This document shows, in pieces, positions 1 through 16,625 of a DNA stretch of 64,000 nt. The notes under the pieces were generated by a model that saw nothing but the letters and a program-made list of their open reading frames with translations, had not been told where the DNA came from and made no database searches. A program made the position numbers and the translations under genes. The stretch lies in NCBI RefSeq assembly GCF_009914755.1, contig NC_060927.1; one strand, written 5' to 3'. Every line of letters starts with the position of its first letter. Position 1 is the first letter of the stretch. The DNA comes from the human T2T-CHM13v2.0 reference genome, Homo sapiens.

Positions 1-689
1 CCTGCCTGAGGAACACTGAAGAACAGTAAAAATTATTCCAGAAATGATTTCCTCAGCTGTCTCATGGATGAATTTAGCACAGGTATTTGGTCAAAATGTT
101 AAATCACTGTCAAATCCAAACGTGTATATTTATATTTTATATATGTAATCACAGGTTCCTAAAAATGAAGGTTAAAAGAAACTTGAACTGGATTCCATTT
201 TATCACACGCCTGGAATGCTGAAAATGCTGTGGCAAAGTCATCCATTCATTCATCTAAGTGAAAAGCCTATAAAATCATAGGCATCTTCAGCCATATCCT
301 TAAATTTCACCATTTTACGTTTCACCAAAGTTATATTGGCATTATCTTTTGTGCTGGAAACAAAGTTAATTGTCTTCTGCAGGATACTTAAAATAAAATG
401 GGCAATCTCAGTTTATTTTATGATATTTAAGAGGCTAAAATGAGCTTGTTCCACAAATAGCCTTCCTAGTAAATCCTGGGAAGTCATGAGAGGGCTGTGT
501 GACGGTAGCACACACCTACAGTAGATGGCATTGTGCATTTGGCTTGGCCACAGCAAGTGTTTACTAAACTAGGGGTGGGTTGTCACAACAGACTCCAAGG
601 TCATGCAGAAAATTAATATCAATAATTAATATCTTTGTATGGTTTTACATGGTACTTCACGTTTTTAGATGATTTATAATTAGTTATCA

Positions 690-1310
690 TCCATCCTTGA
701 TATGTTATTGCCATAATTCAGGACCTCCATATCTCTTACCTGGACTACTTCTAAATAGGTTCTCATCTCACTCCAGCCCATCCTCACCATCACATGTTCT
801 CTTGACAATGCATCTTGGAGCCTGTCACTCCTGTTATTTATCTATAGAATGTTCTATCTCTTGTTTCTTGGTTCTCACCTCCTACTACCTTCCCACATTC
901 ACTGCTTAACACAGCCACATGGAGTTTTGTGCCATTCTCCAAACATACTGTTTGGTTCTAAGCTCTGTTTCTTCACTGTTCTTCATGAGTATCTTCAAAG
1001 TCTCTGCCTTGCCTGACTGGCAAGCTCTCACAAGAACTGGGAAATCAAGCCACAACTTTATCTCTTCTGTGGAAGCCTTTTGGGAAAGTTCCAGGGTTGG
1101 CCTTTCTATCTTTTGTGTTATCTTAACCTTTGTACATACTTTTATTGTCATTCTTATCACCATTGTCTCTTTCCAAATCTGGGTTCCCCTCTCTCCACTA
1201 TCACCCCCAAATAGAAATTGAGTTCCTCCAGGGAAGATACTCTTTCACAGTCATCTTGGTATCCCCAGAATCTGGCAAGTGTTCAATTAAAGAAACTGAT
1301 GAGCTCAATT
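690..1310 (+). mobile_element. Degenerate L2 LINE 3' region
   Basis: L2-like phrases 'catatctcttacctggactact' and 'gtatccccagaatctggcaagtgttcaattaaa'. Confidence 0.45.
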
Positions 1311-2389
1311 GATTATTAAAAGAACTTTTGTTCCTGTTTGAGGTAGAGAAAGTAGAATACAACAAAGCAGAAACAATGTTATTTCACCTAAATCAGAGGT
1401 GAGAAATCTATTTTACTGTGAGCCAATTATGAAAATTTAAAGATGCTCACTGGTTATATTTTTAAATTATTTAAAACAAAAATATTTCTACTGAATGAAA
1501 GAATTTCAATGTGAAAATAGGCACTTCCTGTTATAGGCACTAAACTGTTAAAATGTGAGCAGATGTGAGAAGCAGCAGCACAGAGATGGTTTTCTGAGCT
1601 TTGATCAAAGCTTAGAAGTGGCAGATTGCTCTTCATCAACCAGGATCATTTATTCTTGGCACCAAGTCTTGGCACTTAGATTACAGAGGATCAGAGGACC
1701 ACATGGTCCTTGTTCCTTAGGGAGGCCTTTCTTCAAAGGTTGACTTTCTTTGCCATCCTCTCTCTGCAAGGGGTCTCTCTGGCCTCTCTAACTTAGTGGA
1801 TTTTTCCTTCCCCCCTCCCTCCACTTTTGTGAGTCAGGTGTTAGAGTTAATACTTAGCAAAGAAAATATATACACATATTAAAGTTGATCATTAGCAGCC
1901 TCATATAAATAACACCCTGGGGAAAATGCCTAAATCTATGAATAGTTGCTTATAAACTATGATTCACAGGGTCTCAAGGGGTTATGTAGCAATTTGGGAG
2001 ACTGGTTGGATGGGGCATGTTTTGACTATTCCATCACCTACAGGTCTTGAGCGTTCCTGAAGTCTTCTCATGGTACTAGGCCATATGTGACACATAAGCA
2101 TTCAAGTTGTGTCTACAGGACATCAAAATAGCTATCTAATTGGACTAAATAAATTATCTTTAAAGCCTATCTTTCTAGGATAGGAAAACTGATTATTTTA
2201 TATCATGTAAAAGTTAAAACAAGAAGATATTTAAATATGTATCTTAATTCCCTACCTGATTGCATTAGAGATGAATATACATTATCATCATATGATTCAA
2301 ATGATTACTGCTCTGAATCCGTGAGGAGATTCACTACTTCGGATAGGAAGGAACTGATATTTTTTTAGCATCTGCCAGATACTTTATAA

Positions 2390-2575
2390 ACGTAAGTTCA
2401 TTTAATGGCTTAGCACATGAGGTGGATATCACATGGCCCCATTTTACGATGAGGAAATTAAGATTCAGAGGGGTTGGGTCACTTTCTGAGGTCACATAAA
2501 TAGCATATGATTGAGCTGGCATTTGACTTGGGGTCTGTGTGTCTACAAATCCAGTGCTTTGTCTTCACACCACAC
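2390..2575 (-). mobile_element. MIR SINE
   Basis: Core 'ccccattttacgatgaggaaattaagattcagaggg...gtcactttctgaggtcaca'. Confidence 0.7.
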
Positions 2576-3459
2576 CACTGCTGGAGGCCTACAGAATTAT
2601 AAGGAACCCAAATGAGACAGGGAAATGCACACAACCTTACTCTATAACTGCACCTAAACCATGCCAGGCTATTGAGTGTTGACTGCTAGTCCCCCCATAG
2701 CTCCAGGAAAGGGAATGACTCATCTGTTTAGAAACTCCCATACAACAATCCTTACTAGAACTTACCACTAAACCAAAATCTTGAGTTTGTAAATACAACA
2801 AGCAGTTGTCATCACCCTGAGACAAAACAAATTTCCTTACTTTTGGTGATTATTAGGTCCTTAAATATATTTTATGTAGTTAAATAATTTAATTTATTTT
2901 TGTTTGCCTTAACCAAAGTTATACAAGCTCATGGTTTAAATAAGCTTTAAATAAGGTTTGATATAAAAAATAATGGTCCCTTGTACCTCCTCTCAATATA
3001 TTTCTCTCCACTCCAAAGGCGGCCACATTCAATGTTTTCAGCAATTTTGTTTTGTTCGTTTGATTAATTTGTTGGTTGGTAGTTTTGATGTTTACTTCCA
3101 CAACTTTTTAATGCTATATTTGCTTATGTTACTAATTTGATTTTTCAAGTGTAGGCATTTTCCGTGACTTCTCACTGTGAAATACAAGGGCACAGCTTTC
3201 TTTCACCACCCTCTCCCACCCCATCCCACACATCCACCCTTCCCATCTTTTCATCTACTTACTATCTTTACATCAAAATTTTGATTAGATTAATACTTAG
3301 TATTTATGTTAGTTATAGTGAAGCTCTGTAGTATATATAATTCTTCTTTTTGTTTTGGCCAAAACTTTTGCTTCCCTGGAGTTGGTTTTTGTTGGTTTTA
3401 GCAAATATTCTCTGTGTATATCACTAATTTAACCCCAAACTCTCCATCAAATGCTTAAC

Positions 3460-3554
3460 ATTTTTTCTTTCTTTTCTTTCTCTCTTTCTTCCTCTTTCCT
3501 TCCTTCCTTCTTTCTCTTTCCATTTTTCTTTATTTTTCTTTCTCTCCTTCTTTC
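3460..3554. repeat. (CTTT/CCTT)n pyrimidine low-complexity tract, likely the expanded tail of the adjacent monomer
   Basis: Directly visible. Confidence 0.8.
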
Positions 3555-3713
3555 TTTTGAGATGGGGGTCTTGCTATGATGCCCAGGCTAGAGTGCAGTG
3601 GCTATTCAAAAGCATGATCATAGTGTACTGCAGCCTAGAACTTCCAGGCTCAAGCCACTTTCCTGCCTCAGCCTCTCAATTAACTGGGATTACAGGCATG
3701 TGTTACCATGCCC
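3555..3713 (-). mobile_element. FAM-type fossil Alu monomer (7SL-derived)
   Basis: Monomer carrying the 'gtgcagtggctattca...atcatagtgtactgcagcct' segment typical of FAM/7SL and absent from dimeric Alus. Confidence 0.75.
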
Positions 3714-4859
3714 TTTTTCTTAAAATATTCAGATGCATCAGGAATTCTTTTATTTTTACCCTCCTGAAAAATATCTCCCCTTACACCTTATAACATGCAT
3801 TACCTGGACAGATGGCCCTGGACACCAGGTGCACACTTGCTACCTGGGACGTCCCTTGCTTATGTCCTGGGAACTCCCTTTGCCTGTCTCTTGTATTCAT
3901 TGCCTTCCTTTATATTGGCTTCATATCCTCATTTTGGTGGAGCACATCCTTGAGTAGCTTCTGAGAATGAAAACATGAGAGGTAAAATATTTTGAGACCT
4001 TACATGACTAAAATTCAACTTATTTTCTATGTTTTCACATTCCTAAATTTCTAACCTTTAATTATTTTCTATATTCTCTAAATCTCACACAATTTGTTAC
4101 AAATCTCTTAAACTGGTGGGACTGAGACTGACCATAGTATTCCAGTAATAGTCTGAAGAATGTAATACAAGAATTATTAATACTTTGTGATTCTGAATTT
4201 GGTCTTCTAAATTCCTCCCTGACACAGTTGCATACTGCAGTTACAGTGCATTTGTCTTTTCTCCCCACATGTGTTCCTATTTAGGATCAACACCTCTCAA
4301 TTTTTCTAAGGTCATTTTAAATTCCATTCTTATGTTCTGAAGTGCTAATAACCCTGTCTCTTAACATCAGCCATACTGAGCTTCATAAATATCATAAAAA
4401 TTACTGATAAAGTACACAATATATAATACTTCTAGACCCTCGAACCTGCTGCCATTACTTCTAATGGCCAATTTAAAATGATTCCAAACCACTAAATAAT
4501 GAGAAAGCTTGACACATATGACCAAATTATTTCTTCATAAAGAAAAGAATGTTTTGTGGTTGAGTATCAAGATGTCTGAGTTCTGGGGGATTTATCCTAT
4601 TGTTTTTCCAAGGGTGTTCAGCCTCTACCTTTCAAAGGCAATCTCTTTCCTTATTTAAAAAATTAGGCAGCATATATAGCTCTTTTTCCATACCACAAGC
4701 ATTCATCCTGTTAATACTAAACAGGTTTATAATTACAGAGGCAGCAAGGCATAGTGAAAGAGTACTTACTTCAAGAGTAAGAAGACTAATGCTAGTAATG
4801 CTTTCCTATGATCCAATATTTGTTGGAGATATTATCCATCAAATATGTTTGATGGATTT

Positions 4860-4985
4860 ATTAATCCATCAAATAGGTGCTCAAATGGAACACCTATTAT
4901 GTGCCAGGTACTGTGCTAGGTACTGGAACTACAGAATGAAAAAGATAGACATGGTCCCAGTCCTTGTTTAAGGGACAACAGATAC
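4860..4985 (-). mobile_element. L2 3' fragment
   Basis: 'cacctattatgtgccaggtactgtgctaggtactgg...gacatggtccc'. Confidence 0.7.
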
Positions 4986-6447
4986 TGGGCAAGTAATAAC
5001 AAGTTGAGCATTATAACTTAACCTCCATGAGACTCAGTTTCCTGTGTAAAATAAGGAAAATAATAACAGCACCCCATATGTTCAAATGAGGTCATATTGT
5101 AGAAAAAACTTTATAAGCTCTCTTTTTCCAGATGAACTACAGGCATCTTCTACTAGCTTTTGATTTTCCAGAGCCACAGAGCATATCTTACTTATCTTTG
5201 TAATCTCAGCAAGTGGTGCAGTGCTTGTCAAGTTAGCAGGACTCAACACGTGTCTGCTGAGCAAGCAACAACTCCAGAAGAAGACAAATCCATATTTTTA
5301 CACAATTAAAAGCCTTTTCATTTTCTTACCAAGATTATCCACCCATTCATGAATTTATGAACATTATTAGTAGAAAAGCATAAAGTAAGACGACAGTAAA
5401 ATGTTTCCAGTTAGCATGTATTCATCATCAAAGTGTATATGTTGGAATAACTTAAATATTACAGCATTTAAATTTTCATCTATTCAATTTAACATAACAA
5501 GTAATTTGTACCTAAAATAACTTCTGAGGGCAGAGTGTACTTTTGCAAAGTTTGACAAAATTATTTGTGGCTTAAAAAGCGTCTACATAAGATACTCAAA
5601 ACAAGTGATTTACTTTAAATTTCAAAATCAGATGTAAAAAAAAATTGAATTAACTCCTAGCAAAATTTTCCTCTACAGAAAAATTTTCTAATAATGCTAA
5701 AACACGGTGAAATAAAAAGTCTATGAAAATGCCAACCGACTTGTTTCCCAACAAGTCTACAAGATTGATGGACTTTAATCCTTTGGAACATTAAAATGTA
5801 TATAGCAGACAGTTTTACCATGGAAGATAATTGTTTTAGTTTTTTTTTTTTTTGCCTTTTAGAGGGCTTAAAGGATAAGCTGTGCTTTCTGTTTCTCATG
5901 GAACTGCAGAACAGAAGGACTGAAAGTGAGGCCTAGGAATTGTCTAGTTCAGCCTCCTTATTTTTCAGAGGAGGAAGAACAGAGGCCCAGAGAGCTGAGG
6001 TGATCTGCCAGTTGCAGAGCTGGGGCTAGAACTAGAGTGTCCTCTTCTCTAGGAGAGGAATTAGCAGCAGCCAACCTCAAACAGCAACCTGGTATCCTGG
6101 GAATTTGCTTGTATGCTGTGTGGACATAATCTGACCCGGCAGAGTCAAATTCCAAGACAGTTCCACATACGTTCCAGATAAAAATGCATCTTCATTTGAA
6201 GTGAAATAGAATGACAGACCAACATCCCCCTCAACCCCAATTTAGCAATAGAAACATAAAATTATCTAATATTTTAAAATCTCTACTCCTTAATATAACA
6301 GAAAGACCATCAGAGAGCATCATCTAACCACGTCGGCAGTTCCCAACACACCAGCTTACAAGTGCACCTCAAAGCCTATATTGGTCCATTGCTTCTTTCA
6401 CTTGGCAAGCAGCTACTTTCTGCTCACTTCATTCCCCTGTGAAGAAC

Positions 6448-6606
6448 CTCACACCTGTAATCCCAGCATTTTGGGCGGCCAAGGCAGGAGGATTGCTTGA
6501 ACCCAGGAGTTTGAGACCAACCTGGACAACAAAGTGAGGAACTGCATCTCTACAAGAGCTTTAAAAAAAATAATTAGCCGGCCCTGCTGGCGCATGCCTG
6601 TAGCCC
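6448..6606 (+). mobile_element. Truncated AluJ-like element (left arm plus start of right arm)
   Basis: 'cctgtaatcccagca...ggaggattgcttgaacccaggagtttgagacc'. Confidence 0.85.
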
Positions 6607-6809
6607 CTCACTATCAGGGGCCCTTATCCTCACATTCATCCACATCAGGTTCAACCTCTTTCTCCTGGCCCCTCCCTCCACCAATATGAGGTTTCAAAAC
6701 AAAACAAAAAACCAGAATGTAGTTCCTCTTCACAAATTTGGGAACATCTGATCTGGTGGTTCCTAAATTATAAAATGGAGTAATGGAGAGAACATATACC
6801 TGGGTATCA

Positions 6810-7000
6810 CTCAGATCCAGGTCAACTATGGCTCTGATTTACAAACTCTTGAGGAAGCCCTCAATCTCTTGAAGGTTCGATTTCTTTATCTCTAAATTAG
6901 AGATAATAATGTTTATCCTACAGAGCTGTTGTAGAGATTAAATAAAGTCACATTTAAAATGTATTTACCACACTGCCTGGCTCATGCTAGATACTTATTC
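6810..7000 (+). mobile_element. MIR SINE
   Basis: 'tttctttatctctaaattagagataataat...cagagctgttgtagagattaaat...acactgcctggctcat'. Confidence 0.65.
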
Positions 7001-9162
7001 CTTTCCATCTTTCAATGAAATTACATTTCCTAGCTTCTGAATTATTGTTCTTTATTTATTAGGCTGGTGCAAAACCTAGCTTAATTGAAACTGACACATC
7101 TTATCAAATATCTGATGTTCTTAAGTAGGTTTTATTCTAATATGTGAGCTATATGAAACATTAGTGACAAGGTTGACCACTTTATTGTTTATACAATATT
7201 ACTCAGAAAATATATGTATTTGGAAAATATTATTTTGATCAGAAATATTACCAATTTATCTTCTCAGTTTATGTAATTCATAATAATTCTGGGATTAATT
7301 GCCTCCAAATTGGATATCTTTTCAAGAAAACTGGTTGTCATCCATTGTTACATGTAGCCTGAATATTGATCAATAACTAATAAAATCATACTGTTTGACA
7401 CATTTAAATTAAATTAGTGAGTTCATGGTTCAGAATGAATATTTGGTTATATTCTTTAGAAAACAATATTCTCTACTTATGAGCAGTATTTTGCCCTTTA
7501 TGATAAAATCTCATGCTTCTTATCTAAACTAGAAAACATCAACCTTTTAATCCATGGTTCTGTGTGTTTCCTGGGACCAATGTGGTTAAACACTTAGAGC
7601 CAACTCACTTAGTCTCCCTAAATTTTAGTGTCCCAAGCTAGGTGAATAAAATAATTTTGCATTTATAATAATACCTTTCTTTTACAAAGTTCACAATGCA
7701 TTGAACTACTCTATTATTAATTCTGAAGCATTCCTATAGACTTAGGAGAGGGTATCTATTAAACCCAGCTTCCAAACAGGAGTCACAGCCATGGGCTGAG
7801 TGATTTGCTCAAGGTCACACAGATATAGGGTTATAAAGATCAAATGATATCATGCATGCCAAGAGTTTGACAACCATACAGTGCTATATGTGTGCAGGGT
7901 ATGACCAGATATATGAATAAATCTGTGATGAGTTTTCATAGTTATTGGCTGCTATTCTCAATACTCTTTTCCTTTGACTTTCTGGCCAAAACCAAAGTAA
8001 TACATGCTGCCAAAAAATCTCACAGAGCATAGTCAGTAATAACAAGAAGCTGGGACATATACAGAATCCCTTGGAAATATGATGCCATGTAAATGTTATA
8101 TTAATGGTGACCCTATTATTAAAGTATAAAACAACTTGTTTATTTACTTTTTAAAAAACAATAAAACAAGCTTGAAATTCTGACCAAACTCTAACTTGGG
8201 GATCAACTTCCAATACTTTTTAATCTCTTCTGCTGCATCTACTTAATTTCCTACTTGGCTGGAGAATTACTGAGAAATCTTGTAGGAAATTTTAAGTATT
8301 TGCTACAGGATACTGGCTATACAGCTATAGAATATCAGCAAAACTTGTATATTATTCTCCCTGATTCTCAGAACTGTTTCAGAGTATAATGAACTGCTTC
8401 AGTGGGGTCTGAAGGCTTCTAGTGAAAAGTGGTTTAGGACGTGCCAAATACCATGGTTGCTATGAAAATTATCAACCAACTAGAAACATTAGCTATTTTA
8501 TGCCAGAAAAACAGTGTTTTAATAATGATTCATTTCTGGTCATTAGCTGATTATTCTGAGTTCTCATTATCCCGAAACTATATTAGCACTAAGGAAAAAT
8601 ATGATTGCAAATTTGGCTTCTTTTATGTGATGGTTCTATCTCTCATGTACCAACCATAAATTCTTTGCCTCTGGGACTGCAAATGCTTCAGCATGTAATG
8701 GAAAGTTAGTATCACATGGCAAGACATTTGTTCTCATCGCAGAGGCCAGCTCTGAAATTCAAACCCTAATGAGAGCAAGTATGTAAATGAGAGCAGCCAA
8801 ACCAAACAGATGAAGAAAACAAAGCCCAATGAGTCTATAAAAGACATTTAAAAAATCTAAGTATTCATTATTAATCAATAGCATTTAGACTCTATGAATT
8901 CAAAATAGAGCTTTTCCTAATACTTTGTTACTACAGTGACATATCTATAGACCTACATTTAAAAAACTAAATAAGAAGTTTTTACCCTTACAGTGTCTAT
9001 ATTTTTTAGATTTTTCTATGCAAAGGAAATGTTATTTTAGCCATTATACCAAATATTTAAAATATGTCAATGTGCCTTGAATTAAATACGATTAAGAATA
9101 GCTAGTGTCAAAGTAATGCGTACTCTTGATCAAGATTTTAATCTTATACTTTCTAAATACTA

Positions 9163-9649
<487 letters not shown>

Positions 9650-9764
9650 TCATTGCAGGGAATTTCCCACTTTACCAATGTTCCATGTTTTTCAGCATGT
9701 TTATTACTTTACTTTCATAAATATTGAATAAAATTGTTGTAGCATGTTGTAAAAATGGAACATT

Positions 9765-10310
9765 TATTTACATAATATTTACTTAGAATCCAGTATGTGC
9801 CAGGCTGTATTATTCACTCTGAGAATATAAGAATGAACAAGACAGATGAAAACCCTCTCCCTCTTGGAATAATCCACTTCAGTATGGGAAGAGAGACAAC
9901 AAACAAAATAAGTAAATAATGTAGTATATTAGAAGGTTATAAGTGTGCTAGAGAAAAATCAAGCAAAAAGAGGGATGGGAGGTGGAGGCTTGCTGTTTTA
10001 AATAGTGTAGTCAGGGAAGTCCTCACTGAAAAGGTGACATTTGGGCCAAGACCTGAAGATAAGGGAATTAGCCATGCAAACAGCTTAGGGAATAAGGAGA
10101 AACTATAGTAAGTGCAAAAGTCCTGAGGCAGGAGGGTACATTGGTAGGCTATAAGAATAGCAAGGAGATCATTGTGGCTGGAGTAGGGTGAGCACAGCAC
10201 AAATCTTGTAGGTTATTGTTAAGACTTGACTCTTATTCTGAGTATGACAGGAAACAATGAATTTGAGCAAAGTTGTAGGAATCAGAAAAATAGAAATGAC
10301 TTGGATGTAT
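9765..10310 (-). mobile_element. L2 LINE fragment
   Basis: 'tatgtgccaggctgtatt...gtcagggaagtcctcactgaaaaggtgacatttgggccaagacctgaa...aagtcctgaggcagg'. Confidence 0.75.
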
Positions 10311-11673
10311 TCACCTTGTCCTAGCAGGAAACTGAAGGCACAGTTCCAAGGAGATTTTGAGTACAAACTAATGTAAAGAACAATTACAGAAATGTGGGCA
10401 GAGTTAAGAGGCCAAACAAGGAATGCTGAGGCATTCAGGGGCTAGTACATTGGGATGCCATCACCACAGCTGGATCTGAAGCAGCCCAATGAAAGTTAGA
10501 GCCATGGGCGGGTATCTGACAGGGTACGCAGTTGTAGAGGAATGCCATCACCACCAGAATCTCAGGCTAGCTCAAAGGGAGGGGGAAAGAAATAACCCAA
10601 ATTCTTTTTTCTACTACCCTCTGACCTCCTGCCAGCAGTTCTCATTGGCTAAACCCAGGGAAGACAAGGGGATCCCTGGTAATGAGAGCCAGAACATCCC
10701 ATTCCTGGAATGCAAGAGTGCAGAGAAGAGCAGGGAAATGATAGAGAAGAGGAAATCAGGCAATAACCAGCACACTTGAGTGTTACCAAAGCTGAAGCAA
10801 AGACATCTTCTGGACCCATTTATATATTGACTGCTGCACGTAAAACCAAGAATCCAAATTTGTTTGGGGAATTTAGATTCATAAAGTCTTGGCACTGAAA
10901 ATAGTCATCTGTTCAGTCAACTCTTATTTTACAGTTAAAGAAACTGAGGCCCATCGAAATTATGACCTGTTCAGGGACACACAACTAGACACAATGCTGC
11001 AGAGACTGTAACAGAACAAAAGTTCCTGACGTCCCACTCTCTTTCAACTTTGCTTCTAATATTTTAATTATTTTTCTGTCCTTTCTGTCCTTGTAATTCT
11101 GTTCTAAAATCCTCTTGTATTTCATAAATTGACTCTTAAAAGTTGCTCTGCATTAGTTTGATTCAACTGAAAAGGCACCAATTATTTCTAATATTATCTT
11201 TGAGGGCATTCAAATATATACTATTCCCAAGGGACAATTTATCTTTGGATAGCATTTATGAACTATCATCTATCACAACAGCTAAAACTATAATCTTGGC
11301 TGTTGTTAATACACCCTTACAAAGTTATTTTTGGCTTAGTCTGGAGTCTGTGGGTACATTTTTTAAATATATAAAAGTAATATATTTAAATAAAAATGAT
11401 TTGTGATCATTGCAGAAATTTTGAAAAAAATATGTAAAGCAAAAAAAAAAGCCTATTACCTCATCCCTTAGAGATAGCCATTATTAAAGTTCCAATGTAT
11501 TTCTCCCAAATTCTTTTACTATGCATACATGTAATTTTTAAAAGGCATGATATAATTTTAATTTTTTTTACTTGATATTCTAACATATTTAACATTTTTA
11601 AAAATTTTCAACAAATGACAAATGTTCATCTTCAAAATGATTTTGACTTTTGAAAACAGAAGTCAACTAGAAG

Positions 11674-11929
<256 letters not shown>

Positions 11930-12153
11930 TCAACTAGAAGCAAAGTTCATTAATAAGGTGGGCTATAAAGTTTGGGTAATATTTTTCTACCCATAACAAG
12001 GTGCTATTTTAAAGCAATATGATCAGGATTCGTAAGCTTTATAATTAAGTTGTAAAATAATCTAAGTTTTAGGATGATATTTAACAAAAATGCAACACGA
12101 GCACATGTGTACCCCTTTTAAAGAATTTACGCAATAACTTTGGCATGCTATCC

Positions 12154-12539
<386 letters not shown>

Positions 12540-13496
12540 TAAGCAAACTTTCTTCTTTTTGCTTGGAATTTATATCACCTATTCACATTTACATTGAAGC
12601 CTATGGTATAAAACATCTAGGTGTTTCTTCTCCCATGTTCAACTAGGAAAACAGATTACCTTTGCGTGCTCTAGAGAAAGTAATGGCCTATGGTGGCCTT
12701 CCTTTAGATTTTAACTGAGTAGGAACAAATTTAACCTTTGTACATACAGGCCTGAGTTGAGAGAAGATAAAGGCAGATACGAAGAAAGTGCCCAGGCCAG
12801 TTGTCCCCACAGGTGCTCAAGAGTGTAACCTTGCTAATAAAGAAATAGCCCGTGAAACAGAGTAGAAATCATCTACTGTTCAATTGTACTGGATAAGGAA
12901 AACAAAGTAGTTTCTAAATGAAAAGCAATCCACCAATATCAAAATGCATGGCCTTTCCACCTACCTCTTCCAGAAGAGGTCCCCTCCTCTGAGACCCTTT
13001 TATGACTACTTGAATTATTTAAAGTGTCCCTAGATTTGCCTATGGATATTTTTATCCACTGAAGAAAAGGAGTCTCAGCCCTGAGCATCCCTAAAATTAG
13101 CTCTATTTTTGTCACACTTATTTAATAATTACATTTAAACAAAAAGACTTCTTTTTCACTGTTGTCCAGAGTTGTTTTTTTTTTAAGTGGGGCATTTCAA
13201 GCTTCTCTTAAATATCAAAATCACTGCCCTTAAATTAAAGTTAAGGTTTCATGGAGAAAAAGATTTCTCTCTTACAAAGATTTAGTCATTTTGCAACAAA
13301 GTTATTAAGTCTCTGTAAGAAATGCCATATAGATTGTTAAATATTTCTTCCATTTTGATATCACACAAATAGTACAGCCCTACAAAAAGAAACTTGTCTT
13401 TGATCATATAAGTTATTTTTAAATCTCTCTAAACATAATACACAATATATTATAAACTATTAGAGGTTAAGATTTTTTAAAAAGGTTTCCTTGTAA

Positions 13497-14292
<796 letters not shown>

Positions 14293-16546
14293 AAGTAGAG
14301 CTTGTATTATTATATTTGGAGCTGTTTGTTCAAGATACAAGCTTGATGTTACTATGATAAATCTTTTTATTCCACAGAAATAAAATATCTCAAATGAAAT
14401 ATTAGTACAAAAATTATTTTGAACACAGTAGTTATTCTTAAAGAAATTCAGTGGTGAATACTTACTATGATTGAATCATCACAATGTAATTTATCTTTCT
14501 TGAATATATGTGTTTTTGTGGGACGGGCTGATGTTTTTTTTCCTTGAAGGGTAGAGCCATTGTATTGATGAAATACCAATGAAATAAACAAAAATGAAAT
14601 GTGGATAAGCTAAAAATCTAAAATTAGATTAGTTGTTGAGTAAATATATACAATATGCAAAGAAAAAAGATTAGTATCAAAATCCAGAAACAATGGGGAA
14701 GGATAGAAATTCTAAATATCTGAAGATGAAAATATATTTACATCTAGTCAATTTAGTTTAACAATAGGTAAATGCCACAAAATGGGTCTCAAAACAATAC
14801 TGTTACCATTATTCACTAGGGGGTTGATGGCCAAAATTAAAACAACCCTCTGGGTAACTTTTCACCTTGATTTTGCATTTCCCTATGTCTTTAGTTTGGT
14901 CACTTCCTTTTCCTTCAAAGATCCCACATTAAGGATGAGGGAAGGGAGTGAATATTAATTTGCAGAGAAGCAGCTCATTACATGATCATTTTAAGCAACA
15001 CCCAAATCCTTATGTAAACATGGATCATGTGTTGAGCTTTTAATGAGTATGAATGCTTTCAAGGTAGGATTTCAAGTATTATAAAGTTAAATGCTAAAAG
15101 TGTTTTGTTTCCAGTGACTAAAGAGCTTGTTATTTTGCAATTAAAACGTAACTGCGAATGCAAGGTAGTCAAGATTCTATCTGTACCTTTCAAAACTTTG
15201 GCTTCTATGAATAAAAGTAGTTCAATCAGCCAGGTGAGAATGACCTTCAGATTATCAGTCCGGAGCATTTAGGCTATCCTTCATGTGTGAATACAGTTTA
15301 TATAAGTTTCTACACTCACATTTTTTAAAATTTTATAAGCTGATAGTAGTAACATACAGAAGGAATTATAACCTCCAAGTCTAGAAATTTGCAGTCTTTC
15401 AATGTTCTTTTGTGAGTGTTAGAGTTTTACAGTTTAAAATTACAGGTATGCTACAACTTTAATCAATACTTCAAATTCATATACAAGAAAGACTAGACAG
15501 TGATGATTCACTTTGTCAAAGAATGTGCCATTGAATGTCTGTAAATAGCTCATCTATGACAGAATATGGCTTCTCCATAAAATCATGGATGTCTAGTAAC
15601 TGCTTTCTTCTTCTTTTTTCAATTAACAACTGGTATTGCCAATAGTATCACATTGAGTTGCTATCTTTTCTTCTGAAGATGCCAAAGCTGCCACATCTGT
15701 GACCTTTTTCCATACTTTTTCAGTGGATTTGGTAGTTTAACACCTCTTTACCACAATGTTATTTCTTTTTAGTGATAGGGGAACTGAGGGAGTAATAGAC
15801 TTGTCAGCAATCACAAAACGAGATTATAGCAAAACTGGAGCTTACTCTTGATCTGTCCAACTAGGAAATGTAGTTTAAAAAAAACTTCATCCTGACTGGC
15901 CACATATAATATTTAAAAAGAAAAATAAAGAAGTAATATAGTCATTAATGGATTTTGTTTGGATTTTCTGTTGCCCTACATTGCAGAATTTAAACAAGCT
16001 TGTAAAACCGCAGAGCTAATATCTTACATTCTAAGTTAAATTCCATAAAATATAATACAGGTCTTAATAGGACATTACGTTTATTTCAGTTCGAAATGCA
16101 CCCTTTACTTTTACCAAATTGCTACATTTTGCTTGAACATCAAAGGTCTTTGGAAGTCAAGGAAATCTTCATTAAAAAAAAAAAAAAGACAACATTGTTT
16201 CATAGTATATTAAACTCAAAAAGAGTATTTAATAGAAGTTTCCTTAAAAACACCTCATTATCAAGTAAGCATTTGTGCATCTCAGTCAAATTATACTTTT
16301 CTTTATAATAGTATTTATGGAATTTTATTAGCCTTAGTTCTTTCTCATTACATTTTTTTTTCCTTTTTGGGCAATACCACACAATGGTCTCACTGAAAGG
16401 GTTTATTAATATGATATTGTTCCAGAAATGGAACCCTACGAAAATCATAGTAATAAATCAAGTACTACTTATTTAGACAACTGATATTTATTTCCAGCAA
16501 ATGCTTTGTGGAACCTGAAAACTATTCTCCATTTTGTATTTTTCTA

Positions 16547-16625
16547 TTAGGTTGGTGCAAAAGTAATTGCAGTTTTTGCCATCATGTAAGTGACAAAAAC
16601 CACAATTACTTTTGCACCAAACTAA
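16547..16625. mobile_element. MADE1 (Hsmar1 mariner-derived MITE) with TA target duplications
   Basis: TTAGGTTGGTGCAAAAGTAATTGCAGTTTTTGCCA...TGACAAAAACCACAATTACTTTTGCACCAAACTAA inverted repeat, flanked by TA on both sides. Confidence 0.93.

Noticed and set aside
3555-3713. 7SL RNA pseudogene
   Set aside because: Lacks the central S domain; fits a FAM monomer instead.
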